A DNA stretch of 64,000 nt from Candidatus Altimarinota bacterium (GTDB taxonomy: Bacteria; Patescibacteriota; Gracilibacteria; UBA1369; GCA-2718715). Below are positions 19,901 through 29,340 of this stretch, piece after piece. The stretch spans positions 224,001-288,000 of the forward strand of contig JBESAV010000001.1 in assembly GCA_041242255.1 (NCBI GenBank), in the 5' to 3' direction. How positions within the stretch are numbered: position 1 is the first letter of the stretch; the number at the start of each line of letters is the position of its first letter. The notes under the pieces are model-generated. The model worked only from the letters and a program-made list of their open reading frames with translations. It was not told the DNA's origin and ran no database searches. Position numbers and translations under genes: made by a program.

Positions 19901-22495
19901 CTAGTTCAACAATCTATCCAAATAAGCTTGAGCTGCTAAGACCTTAGTTCTCAGGCTATTTGTTTTAGTAATATATATAGTATCAAATCCAGCTTCTTCA
20001 AAGAAATCTACGCTAGATGCATTGATTGCAAATCTACCTTTTACTGAAACTTTAGATTTAGAAACTTCTTTATAGTTTCTGATAGCATTGATAATTCCAT
20101 CCCCCATCGTTTCAAAGTCCAATCTATCAAATGGGTTATACTCATAAGTTCTAGAGAACTCTCCGATATTATCTTCTTCAGAGAGACCATATAGGCTTGA
20201 AGTTATTCGATCTAGGTTAAAGCATAGTTCATCAAAGTACTCAGCCATACTAGCTGTCTTTAGGGTAAAGCTGAAATTGTCTACTTCAGCTTTGAAACCA
20301 ATCTTAACATCAAGCTTATCTGAATATTCATTAAGTATTGAATCAAATTTAGTTCTTAGCTTTTTCGCTTCCTCAGACCTAGTAAATCCATTTATCAAAA
20401 CCCCAACCATGCCGCCATTAGCAAAGCTAGCTTTCCTAGAGTCAATCACGGCTTCAATAATAGCTCTCACTTGGATCTCATAAAGAATAGCATATTTTAA
20501 GTAGAGCCTTGCTCCTTTAATTCCAAACTCAGGGTTTTCGTCTTTAAACTGTCTCAGGTACCCAAGAAGATCATTTTCATCAACGTTAAGCTGATTTGCA
20601 ATGTCTATTACTTCATTATACTCAGGTATAAGGCTACCAATTCCCTCATGGAATAATGCAAAGTTAATATAATTATCTCCTGTGGCAGACAGTACATTTA
20701 ACACATAATTTTTAAGGTTTTTTGTAAGCTCTGCAGTTACATCTCCATATTTACTTATTCCAATCTTTAAAACAGCATCTAAAACAAGGTCTCTATTTTC
20801 AGGCTCAAAAAAGAAACTATCAAGCCTAAACTCACCTACATTGGATAAGTTAACTAATTTACCAGCTTGAACTGTATCAATATTTTCAGCGATCAAGGCT
20901 GTCTCCATTCTAGAAGTTTGATCAGCATTAGAGATCATATACTTCAGATTGGTTCCAATGTCGGGGTTTAGCAAGAAAACTTCTCCAACTAAAACCTCGC
21001 AACTGTCAGCGTCAATTGTAACAACACTTCTTTCCTTGAGTTTCAAGCCATTAGAGGTGCTGATCTCACGACCATTCCAATTCACAATTACATCAGGACA
21101 GTTGATTAGACATGGTTTACCATTTATTCTCGCATACTTCGCTAGTCTTCCATTTATTGATCCACGTAAACAAATAAATCCATCAAAATTATCTAGTACA
21201 GCTTCAGGGTGAATCTCTTCAGAAGACCTTATGATCAACAGTCTATTATTTTTATCTTTTTCTGTGATTCTTGTTGGATCAAAAAATAGTTCACCTTGAA
21301 CTACACCAACTGAACCATGCTTTGATTTAAAAGCTATTTCTCTTCTGCTTCTTTCATCAATTTCAGGATAAAAGACCTCATCCATTCTCTCACCCTCTAG
21401 TCCACAGATAGCTTCTTCAAGACTAATTATCTCATTTCTAAGCATGTCAGCTGCTACACTAACAGATGACTTAGCTGATAAGGCTGGTCTATCAATCTGA
21501 GTAATCCACAGTTGTCCATCTTCAATTACAAAATCTAATTCAACTGGATTCTTATTTACTATTTCAAGCCCAGTACAAATCTCAGACAGTCTTTTATAAG
21601 CATCTGCAAATCTTTCTTCTAATATATTTATCTCTAAAATCTCTCCCATTGACTGATCAAGTTGAGGGCCTTGAGCTTCATGCATAAATTCTCCAAATAT
21701 CCCTTTCTCACCTGTTTTCGAGCTTCTTGATTCAATATTTCCTACTCCAGATCCAACTCCAAGGTTACCAAATACCATTCTTTGAATAATCACAGATGTC
21801 CCTTTATCTTGAATGTTCTTATACTTTCTATAAGTCCTAGCTATCTTTGACTCCCAAGAGTCATACATAGCATCAATTGCATACTTGAGTTGATCAATCG
21901 GATCCTCTGGGAACCTCTGTCCAGTTTCTTTGAAAACCACTGATTTGTAGAGTACTACCAGTTCTTTCAGATGTTTCTCATTTAGAAATTTATAATCAGC
22001 TAGTTTCTCAGAGTTTAAAATAGCTTCCTTTTGTGCATCCAAAGACCTTTTTTGTACACCAAGTACTCTAATTGAATAGTCATATACAAATTCACAATAA
22101 GTCCAATATGCAAACCGCTGCCTTCCATATAGTTCAATGAGGCCTTCAACAACTATATCATTCAGACCAATATTCAAAATTGCATTTTTAACTCCATCAG
22201 ATTTATTATTTTCACTTATTCTTAATGCTAAAAGTAATGGAGCTTTGTCATCGTTCAAATATGTTTTACTTCTTTTTTCAATTCCATTAATAGCCTTAGA
22301 TATCTCTTTGTCTAATCCCTTCGGGTATTCTCCGGCAGTTTCGTAGTAATACTCTGATACTTCAGAATCAATAACATAAGCTTCCGGTATTAACTGGTCA
22401 TCTCTATTACGAAGAACAGCCAGTTGCAAAGCTTTCGTTCCAACTCTTTCTGAAGGCATTCCTTCAACCTCACTAAGATTATAAATGTATTTCAT
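19901..22495 (-). CDS. Pyruvate,phosphate dikinase-like protein with degenerate catalytic motifs
   Basis: Colinear with PpdK (ILNIGLND, FPEDPIDQL, QRMVFGN, TGEKGIFGEF..AQG, ENPEFGIKGAR), but the phospho-His and catalytic Cys motifs are substituted. Confidence 0.85.
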   Translation of the reverse strand: MKYIYNLSEVEGMPSERVGTKALQLAVLRNRDDQLIPEAYVIDSEVSEYYYETAGEYPKGLDKEISKAINGIEKRSKTYLNDDKAPLLLALRISENNKSDGVKNAILNIGLNDIVVEGLIELYGRQRFAYWTYCEFVYDYSIRVLGVQKRSLDAQKEAILNSEKLADYKFLNEKHLKELVVLYKSVVFKETGQRFPEDPIDQLKYAIDAMYDSWESKIARTYRKYKNIQDKGTSVIIQRMVFGNLGVGSGVGNIESRSSKTGEKGIFGEFMHEAQGPQLDQSMGEILEINILEERFADAYKRLSEICTGLEIVNKNPVELDFVIEDGQLWITQIDRPALSAKSSVSVAADMLRNEIISLEEAICGLEGERMDEVFYPEIDERSRREIAFKSKHGSVGVVQGELFFDPTRITEKDKNNRLLIIRSSEEIHPEAVLDNFDGFICLRGSINGRLAKYARINGKPCLINCPDVIVNWNGREISTSNGLKLKERSVVTIDADSCEVLVGEVFLLNPDIGTNLKYMISNADQTSRMETALIAENIDTVQAGKLVNLSNVGEFRLDSFFFEPENRDLVLDAVLKIGISKYGDVTAELTKNLKNYVLNVLSATGDNYINFALFHEGIGSLIPEYNEVIDIANQLNVDENDLLGYLRQFKDENPEFGIKGARLYLKYAILYEIQVRAIIEAVIDSRKASFANGGMVGVLINGFTRSEEAKKLRTKFDSILNEYSDKLDVKIGFKAEVDNFSFTLKTASMAEYFDELCFNLDRITSSLYGLSEEDNIGEFSRTYEYNPFDRLDFETMGDGIINAIRNYKEVSKSKVSVKGRFAINASSVDFFEEAGFDTIYITKTNSLRTKVLAAQAYLDRLLN

Positions 22496-22573
22496 AGTCC
22501 AAATTTAGTACAACAAAAATACCTCAATCTCACCAAATTTCAATATCAGTCTAAATTTCAACTTTCCGTCAAG

Positions 22574-23800
22574 CTACATCGATGATCTAATCTCAAATTT
22601 TTCTTCAAGTCTTTTCATAGCAACAATAAAAGCTGCCTCACGATATGAGCATTTATAATCATCATGCGTAGACCTAACATCTGCATAAGCATCACTCATT
22701 ATTTTTTGAAGCTTTTCTTTAGTCTCTTCAGCGCTCCAATAGTTATTTTGCTTATTTTGAACCATTTCAAAGTAACTAACCGTCACTCCACCAGCATTAA
22801 CCAAAATATCAGGGATAACTTCAATCTTACGTTCTTCAAGTATGTCATCAGCATCACTACTTACAGGGCCATTTGCTAGCTCAAAGATTATGTCAGCTTT
22901 TATATTTTTAGCATTTTTCTCAGTGATAACATTCTCCAGTGCTGCCAAGCATAAAACATCAACCTCTAGTTCTAATAAAGCTTCGTTAGTAATAGTCTCA
23001 TAATCTTTCATATCTACTAGTCTCCCACCATTTTCTTTAAATTCATCTACAAGTCCAATATCCAAGCCATCTTTGCTATAAACCCCACCTGACGAGTCTG
23101 ATACGGCATGTATCTTAACACCAGCATCATCCAATAATTTAGCTAAGACACTCCCTGCATTTCCGAACCCTTGTATAGCCACACTTTTATCAACTAGTGA
23201 GTCTCCAATTTTATCTTTCATCACAAAATAAGCTCCGTCAGCAGTAGCGGTAGAACGACCCATAGCACCACCAAATTCAACAGGTTTCCCAGTAAATGTA
23301 CCAAGACCTTTCCCATCATTTAATTTCATATATTCATCAGTCGCCCAAGCCATTATCTGAGGATTAGTATACATGTCAGGAGCTGGCACATCAGTGCTTG
23401 GACCTATGAATTTATATATACTTCCCACGAATCCTCTTGTCAGTCTTTCTAATTCAGAGTCAGATAGCTTTTTTGTATCAACTTTAACTCCACCTTTACC
23501 TCCACCAAGTGGTATACCTACTACGGAGCATTTTATACTCATCCAGGCTGCCAGAGCCATAACCTCATCTTCATCTACATTTTCGCTGTACCTTAGGCCT
23601 CCTTTATAAGGACCTGCTAAGCTATTGTGCTGCACTCGATAACCTTCAAATCTTTTCAACTCACCACTATCCATCCTTACATTGAAATTAACCTTATGAA
23701 TAGCCTCAGGTGACCTCATAGTCATGAGTAGGTCTTGGTTTATATTCGCAATCTCTCCCGCTTTCTTAATCTGCTGTAGTGTGTTCTCAAATAAGCTCAT
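22574..23800 (-). CDS. Glu/Leu/Phe/Val dehydrogenase (probably glutamate dehydrogenase)
   Basis: GPYKGGLR, GGGKGG, DVPAPD, QGFGNAG and NAGGVTVSYFE motifs. Confidence 0.93.
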   Translation of the reverse strand: MSLFENTLQQIKKAGEIANINQDLLMTMRSPEAIHKVNFNVRMDSGELKRFEGYRVQHNSLAGPYKGGLRYSENVDEDEVMALAAWMSIKCSVVGIPLGGGKGGVKVDTKKLSDSELERLTRGFVGSIYKFIGPSTDVPAPDMYTNPQIMAWATDEYMKLNDGKGLGTFTGKPVEFGGAMGRSTATADGAYFVMKDKIGDSLVDKSVAIQGFGNAGSVLAKLLDDAGVKIHAVSDSSGGVYSKDGLDIGLVDEFKENGGRLVDMKDYETITNEALLELEVDVLCLAALENVITEKNAKNIKADIIFELANGPVSSDADDILEERKIEVIPDILVNAGGVTVSYFEMVQNKQNNYWSAEETKEKLQKIMSDAYADVRSTHDDYKCSYREAAFIVAMKRLEEKFEIRSSM

Positions 23801-23815
23801 AGTTTTAGGTTAATT

Positions 23816-23836
23816 AAAAAAAGCTCCCGAAGGAGC
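23816..23836 (-). terminator. Intrinsic terminator after the HTH gene
   Basis: On the minus strand, GCTCC-TTCG-GGAGC followed by T7. Confidence 0.7.
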
Positions 23837-23842
23837 AAGTCT

Positions 23843-24283
23843 TTACCAGAATTTCCACCATCTTCTGTTTATATTCTCTTCTACCAGTTTCAGTTTGTTT
23901 TCAAGTGATATAACTTTATTTTGAAAAGTTTCGATTAATTTAAATAGATTTTCTTTCTCTTTAGCATGCTGTTCTACCAAAGTTTTCATCGTATCTGAGA
24001 ATTCAGTAAGCTGCTCTTGGAAACCTTCCATTTGTTTATTAGCAAGTTCAACTAATCCTTTGTTTTGACCAGGAACAATTCTTTGCGTAGTAGCTGCTCT
24101 AGCAACATTATACTCTTCACAAAAACTTTCTTTATCAATCAGGTAGTTAAAACCTTGTGGAGTTTTTTGTTTTTTGTAATCAATCTTGTTTGATTTTATC
24201 GCTCTGCGAATAGTCTGAATAGATTTATTGCTCAGTCTTGCAGCCTCTTTTATAGATATGTATTGATCTTGAACAGTGTTCAT
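23843..24283 (-). CDS. HTH (MerR/excisionase-like) plus coiled-coil protein with a C-terminal RRWWKFW amphipathic tail
   Basis: ISIKEAARLSNKSIQTIRRAIK HTH, heptad-rich C-terminal half and aromatic/basic terminal motif. Confidence 0.8.
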   Translation of the reverse strand: MNTVQDQYISIKEAARLSNKSIQTIRRAIKSNKIDYKKQKTPQGFNYLIDKESFCEEYNVARAATTQRIVPGQNKGLVELANKQMEGFQEQLTEFSDTMKTLVEQHAKEKENLFKLIETFQNKVISLENKLKLVEENINRRWWKFW

Positions 24284-24299
24284 AGTGCTAAAAAGTTAT

Positions 24300-24324
24300 A
24301 TTGACTAGTCACAGGGTAGTCAAT
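24300..24324. promoter_or_regulatory. Candidate operator: ATTGACTA-N9-TAGTCAAT containing the palindrome TGACTAGTCA
   Basis: Perfect 8-bp inverted repeat about 17 bp upstream of the HTH start codon. Confidence 0.55.
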
Positions 24325-24453
24325 GTTTAGGCGCTTATCAAGCTCCTGATAGCTACTCTATGTTGCACCAAAAAACATTAATTGTTTACATGTTTTAAAT
24401 TTTTGAGTTCATCCTAAACATCCTTTAAAATCACCCTATGTAAAAAACTAATT

Positions 24454-25029
24454 ATGGAGTTAGCACTAAGTTGGAATTTATTCGTACTAGCAATTTTTGT
24501 TGCTGTGACAGCCTACAGTCTTATCATTGGACTGAACAAAACTATTAAAACAGTTATCACATCATATTTAGCTCTTTTAGCAGCAGATGGATTAGGTAAT
24601 CTCACTCAAGAATATCTATTAGATTCTTCTCAAATCATCAAAGTCTTAGGGATATTTGGTTTAGAGTCAGATAGTACGACTGTTTTAGTAATCAAGTTAA
24701 CAATTTTCCTACTATGTATCGTTCTACTAACAATCAAAGGTGCTTTTGAGGTTCATATGGCTAGCGAGCGCTTTCCCTCACTTAATCCATTTATGACTTT
24801 AATATTCGGAATACTCAACTCTGCTCTTATAGTTAGCACGGGGTTGATCTTTGCAGCAGGATCATCTTTCATACGAGCAAACTTCGTAGAGACTAACATT
24901 GCAGAAGTTTATTCAAGCTCAACCTACATTCAATTACTTGTTGATTATCATAGTATCTGGTTCTCTTTACCGGTCGTTATTTTCATTGCCTGGTGTTTGC
25001 TTGATCACGAAATTGATGAAAACTTATAA
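24454..25029 (+). CDS. Multi-pass membrane protein (CvpA-like)
   Basis: About five hydrophobic segments; the family assignment is tentative. Confidence 0.6.
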   Translation: MELALSWNLFVLAIFVAVTAYSLIIGLNKTIKTVITSYLALLAADGLGNLTQEYLLDSSQIIKVLGIFGLESDSTTVLVIKLTIFLLCIVLLTIKGAFEVHMASERFPSLNPFMTLIFGILNSALIVSTGLIFAAGSSFIRANFVETNIAEVYSSSTYIQLLVDYHSIWFSLPVVIFIAWCLLDHEIDENL

Positions 25030-25074
25030 AATCAGTTGATTTTCAAACAAAAATATATAATATGCCACCATATC

Positions 25075-25150
25075 GGGTTAATAGCTCAGTCGGTAGAGCA
25101 ACGGCCTTTTAAGCCGCGGGTCCTGGGTTCGAATCCCAGTTAACCCACCA
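25075..25150 (+). tRNA. tRNA-Lys(TTT)
   Basis: GGGTTAA/TTAACCC acceptor stem, CTTTTAA anticodon loop, GTTCGAATC and CCA. Confidence 0.93.
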
Positions 25151-25208
25151 TTTATTCAAAAAACACCCATTACAAGAATAGGTGCTTTTTTGTTTTGTAT
25201 CCCTAGTT

Positions 25209-25625
25209 TTACTGTGTAATAACTGAAGAGGAGCTAGAGTTGTTTGCTGTACCATCAGTAATGTTAAAAGCAAAGTTAACAATCGCAAATGATGCAATGA
25301 TTATTATAATACCAATAATTGCATTTTTAATGATGTTTTTAGCTTTCTCAAGGTTATCACCACCTCCACCATCAGTAACGTATAGAATACCTGCGTAAAT
25401 CACAAATATTACAGCAACGAAACCAAGTAGTCCAAGCACAGTATTAATTATGCTTTGGATAACTGTTTTAATATCTCCAGATGTCCCAGACAGGGCACTT
25501 GGCAGATCACTTTGGTCTACTCCAAGTGATGCAATAGCAGCACCAGGCACCATGTTGAATACCATTAGTGCAACCGTCATCATAAGGAAGGCAAATATAG
25601 CCTTTTTCATACTAGTTTTTCTCAT
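25209..25625 (-). CDS. CPR-type pilin (TrbC/VirB2-like)
   Basis: Signal helix followed by ..AVIFVIYAGILYVT.GG...EKAKNII.NAIIGIIII.. pattern typical of Patescibacteria pilins. Confidence 0.8.
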   Translation of the reverse strand: MRKTSMKKAIFAFLMMTVALMVFNMVPGAAIASLGVDQSDLPSALSGTSGDIKTVIQSIINTVLGLLGFVAVIFVIYAGILYVTDGGGGDNLEKAKNIIKNAIIGIIIIIASFAIVNFAFNITDGTANNSSSSSVITQ

Positions 25626-25655
25626 AATTTTAATTAAATTTATCTAAATATTATA

Positions 25656-28640
25656 CTATTTTTCTTCTGTTATTTCAATTTCCGCCTTGTCAGATTCCAT
25701 TACATCTTTGATTCCTTTCTTTTTGTTATAAAGATACCAAGCAGTAAACAGTAGTATTAGAGCTAGTATTACAAGAGCAGGAGTAAATCCAGTAGGAAGT
25801 ACAATATATTCAACTACAACTGGCACACTGTTCGCGTTAGCTTTCTCTGCAAGTATCGTTACTTTATGACGGCTAAATGGCTCAATCTCAGCCACAGTCT
25901 CGTCAGGTGCGTATAGAACAGTCTCATCAGAGTTTGAACCAGTTATCGCTGAAGATCCAAACATAATACTCTGCCATAATGCTTTATGGTTAGTATTCAA
26001 CTCACTCTTAACACGTGCGCTTAAGCCACCGTTGTTGATCGTATTCATACTTACAAATGTCCAATAGTTAACACCATCTTCATTTGATTCGTATAGTCTG
26101 TTCACATCTTTCTCAGCAAAGCTAATCAAATTAGCTTCAATTAGTCGAACGCTATTTGATATCGCTAGTCCGTAATCTGGTGATTGTGTAGGAGTAGCAA
26201 CATCCCTACCATATACCAAGATATCATCACTTAAAGGTAAGCTTGTTCTGTTTCTTAAAAGGAATTTACCTGCCTCATCTACAGCTGCTATACCAAGTGA
26301 GTATTCACTATCAGCAATTACTGCAATAACCTCAACATTTTCAATAGATGAATCAGATACTTTACCGGCAATAACTATATCATCACTTCCATATCTAGAT
26401 TGTCTGTCTCTAGGTAGGTTAAGTTGGATAGTCGGTGCATCTTCATCTTCTTCAATAAACTCTTCACTTGGGTCACAGTCATATGACTTAGACTCTTCGT
26501 ACTCAATTTCAGAGTTATAATCTCCACATTCTTCAACTTCTTGAGATTGGTTCACTCTACCACCAGATCCATTTCCAGTAGTTAGGCTACCATTAAAGCT
26601 GATCTCTGCCTCTTCCTCTTCAGGTTGCTCTTCAGCAGTTTCTTCTTCAACAGGCTCCTCAGTAACTTGTTGTTCTTGAGGTTGTTCTTCCTCAACAGGT
26701 TGTGGTTCAGGCTCAGGAGTAACTATAGGCTGTTCTTCAGCAGTTTCTTCTTCAACGGGCTCTACTGTAACTTGTTCTTCTTGAGTTTGCTCTTCCTCAA
26801 CAGGTTCCTCAGTAACTTCTTGTTCTTCAGCAGTTTCTTCTTCAACAGGCTCTACTTCAGGGGTAGTATTTGATGCGCCAAAAGGATTTGATCCACCGCT
26901 TCCACTTGAAGATGATCCACTTCCACCAGAGCTAGGTGCAGGTTCCTCTACAACACCTACCAGATCATTTGGTAAGTTAAAAGATAAGTGTGTGAAGTCA
27001 TCCATTGAGTTATTTGCAAGATCCTGGAATACATCCGCATTTGGTGTAAATGAATCTGCTACTATATCCACACCATCCTCATCTATAAGACCAGCTGTAA
27101 CAACGTACGTAAATCCAAGTTCGTTATCTAGCAAAGTAGTATTAAGAGGGAAGTCATAGTCGGCTGTTACTATCACGCCACCAATGTCTAGGTCGATAGT
27201 TGATGTTCCATCTAGGGTCGCTTTGTTAACATCTTCATTCAGCTCTAGAATAGCCTCAATAGTATCACCTTCTTGGTGATTAGTTTCAACGTCCGCACCT
27301 CTACCATTATTTATGAATGGCCTTATACCATCAATTACAATATCTTTTGCAAATGAAAGTGATCCTACAATACCAGGTTCAGGTAAGTCTGTTGGAATAA
27401 CGGGTTGTCCTGGTCCAGTTTCAAAATAATAATCACCAACAAAGTTATCAGGTGCAAAGTCTTGATCTTTAAATTCAGCAGTACCAAGGTCAATAGCATC
27501 AGTTCCCGTATAGGATAGGTCAGATGATGAATCTCCTTCTGTTACTGTATATAAAAATCTCAGGAATGTTACAGGGCTACCTGGTCCAGTTCCTGCGAAA
27601 TTTTCATCAGTTCCTGTTGCCAGGTTGATTCCTCCTCCAGTAAAGGTGTCATCAGGTAGATTTTCAAGTGTTGCTTGTGATGTACCTGAATCAAGTTGTA
27701 ATTCTAAAGTAGGGTCCACTGTAGGCAATGGATCAAAAAACTCATCTCTAGGTTGATTGTAGTAAAAAAGCGTATCCGAATCAGATAAATTAACATCAAT
27801 GTTAATTTGATCACCAATACCATAAGTTTGGTCGGCATCTAGAGATGTTACATCTTCAGTCTCTCCAATATTAGTATTAGTAATTCTATATGTCTCAGTG
27901 CTTGATAGACCTCCGTCATCAGTGGCTTGAAGCGTTATATCATAAAAATCCACTCCGCCTCTATCTTCATAGTCGTAATCAGGTTGGAAGATTGTTAACC
28001 TAAAGTAAGTTCCCCCAAAACCATCGTCATATTCTTCAATAGATGGAGTAAATAAACCTGAACAGTCATCTGTGTTATTGTCTACACAGCTTACTTCTGC
28101 CACAGTTAGTGTGTCTGTAGTATCATCAGCATCAGGATCAAATAACATAGTCGTATTTTCAGAATAGAAGACTTGCCCATTATCACCTTGTTCTTCAAAT
28201 CTTAGTAATACAAAGTTTGCAGGGTTTTCAAAAGTAGGTGGCTCTGGTACGTCAGTAATATTAATTGTTATATCCTGAAAGATTGTAACTCCACCTGCTT
28301 CTTGTGCCTCAACACCTAGGGTGTATGATGCTCCAGCGTTAATGAGGTCATCTCTAACCAGCAAGATATCTCCGTTTGTATCAACATCAAATCTGAAGTT
28401 ACCAGGGCTAGATCCATCTGCTCCAGTCTCAAAAAATGTTATGTCTCCTGGGTCAGCATCAGTTTCTAGTGTTCCAACCACGCCATTAGTGGCGTTTTCA
28501 GGAACATCTAATATCGTGTCTCCAGGTGTCCCATCAACATATATTTGTGTTGGCGAGTCAGCACTAGCAACCATAGAGAAAGACATTGTCATCACTACAG
28601 TCAATAAAAAGCTAGTGCATTTCCTCAATAATTTTTTCAT
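25656..28640 (-). CDS. Acidic surface protein: cadherin/Ig-like domains, Glu-rich repeat stalk, conserved C-terminal module and TM anchor
   Basis: Signal peptide, VPEN..VGTL and ITDVPEPP/DYDYE cadherin-like motifs, then LPTG-TM-KKK. Confidence 0.8.
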   Translation of the reverse strand: MKKLLRKCTSFLLTVVMTMSFSMVASADSPTQIYVDGTPGDTILDVPENATNGVVGTLETDADPGDITFFETGADGSSPGNFRFDVDTNGDILLVRDDLINAGASYTLGVEAQEAGGVTIFQDITINITDVPEPPTFENPANFVLLRFEEQGDNGQVFYSENTTMLFDPDADDTTDTLTVAEVSCVDNNTDDCSGLFTPSIEEYDDGFGGTYFRLTIFQPDYDYEDRGGVDFYDITLQATDDGGLSSTETYRITNTNIGETEDVTSLDADQTYGIGDQINIDVNLSDSDTLFYYNQPRDEFFDPLPTVDPTLELQLDSGTSQATLENLPDDTFTGGGINLATGTDENFAGTGPGSPVTFLRFLYTVTEGDSSSDLSYTGTDAIDLGTAEFKDQDFAPDNFVGDYYFETGPGQPVIPTDLPEPGIVGSLSFAKDIVIDGIRPFINNGRGADVETNHQEGDTIEAILELNEDVNKATLDGTSTIDLDIGGVIVTADYDFPLNTTLLDNELGFTYVVTAGLIDEDGVDIVADSFTPNADVFQDLANNSMDDFTHLSFNLPNDLVGVVEEPAPSSGGSGSSSSGSGGSNPFGASNTTPEVEPVEEETAEEQEVTEEPVEEEQTQEEQVTVEPVEEETAEEQPIVTPEPEPQPVEEEQPQEQQVTEEPVEEETAEEQPEEEEAEISFNGSLTTGNGSGGRVNQSQEVEECGDYNSEIEYEESKSYDCDPSEEFIEEDEDAPTIQLNLPRDRQSRYGSDDIVIAGKVSDSSIENVEVIAVIADSEYSLGIAAVDEAGKFLLRNRTSLPLSDDILVYGRDVATPTQSPDYGLAISNSVRLIEANLISFAEKDVNRLYESNEDGVNYWTFVSMNTINNGGLSARVKSELNTNHKALWQSIMFGSSAITGSNSDETVLYAPDETVAEIEPFSRHKVTILAEKANANSVPVVVEYIVLPTGFTPALVILALILLFTAWYLYNKKKGIKDVMESDKAEIEITEEK
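26625..26856 (-). repeat. Intragenic imperfect tandem repeats (EPVEEETAEEQ / VTEEPVEEE)
   Basis: TCTTCAGCAGTTTCTTCTTCAAC recurs three times, with related CCTCAACAGG units. Confidence 0.85.
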
Positions 28641-28706
28641 AAATTAAAATTAACTAATCTATGAATTATAACAAAAAAAACACTTTTTTAAAAGTGTCAA
28701 ATTTGA

Positions 28707-28783
28707 TGGTCGGGGTAGCAGGACTCGAACCTGCGACCTCACGCTCCCAAAGCGCGCGCGCTAGCCAACTGCGCCATACCCCG
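28707..28783 (-). tRNA. tRNA-Pro(TGG)
   Basis: Minus strand reads CGGGGTATGGCGCAG...TTTGGGA...GTTCGAGTC...ACCCCGACCA. Confidence 0.95.
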
Positions 28784-28805
28784 ATGTCAAAATAACATGA
28801 GGATC

Positions 28806-29288
28806 TTATATTATGTCTTCGTAATAATCAATATCTAATTTCTTCAATATGTAATCAGTTTCCTTATTCATAAGCTCTTCTTCTGTATCATTTTCATGTG
28901 TATATCCACAAATATGTAAAAAACCATGTGTGATTAGGAATAAGACTTCTTGTCTTAAATCTTTAGATTTTTTATTAGCCTTCGCTACAACGTAATCATC
29001 TGATAGATAAATCTCACCAAAAATCTTATTGTCCTGAATGTCAGTTTCGTACATTTCCCATGATAGTACGTCTGTTACCATGTCTTTTCCACGCCTTGCA
29101 GAGTTTATCCCTTTTATCTGTAAGTCTGTTATGAAGTAAATCTCCAGAATAGCGTTAGTTGTCACTCTTGATAGATGAGGCTTGTATTCTGATAGGTACT
29201 TGTTAAGTGTTGTTTCAAATTCTATTAGAGTAAACTGATCCAACAGAGTTTCTAACGACTGAGACTCAAAATGTAAGTTTAGTTTCAT
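28806..29288 (-). CDS. ybeY: rRNA maturation endoribonuclease YbeY
   Basis: TDVLSW, GEIYL and HGFLHICGYTH motifs. Confidence 0.92.
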   Translation of the reverse strand: MKLNLHFESQSLETLLDQFTLIEFETTLNKYLSEYKPHLSRVTTNAILEIYFITDLQIKGINSARRGKDMVTDVLSWEMYETDIQDNKIFGEIYLSDDYVVAKANKKSKDLRQEVLFLITHGFLHICGYTHENDTEEELMNKETDYILKKLDIDYYEDII

Positions 29289-29340
29289 GTCTTATTTGAT
29301 GTGTTTAGTTAAATATTACCCTATATATGTAAAAAGTGAA

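Noticed and set aside
26625-26856. Repeats as a possible CRISPR array
   Set aside because: They are in-frame, imperfect and encode a Glu-rich stalk. There are no unique spacers of constant length and no cas genes.
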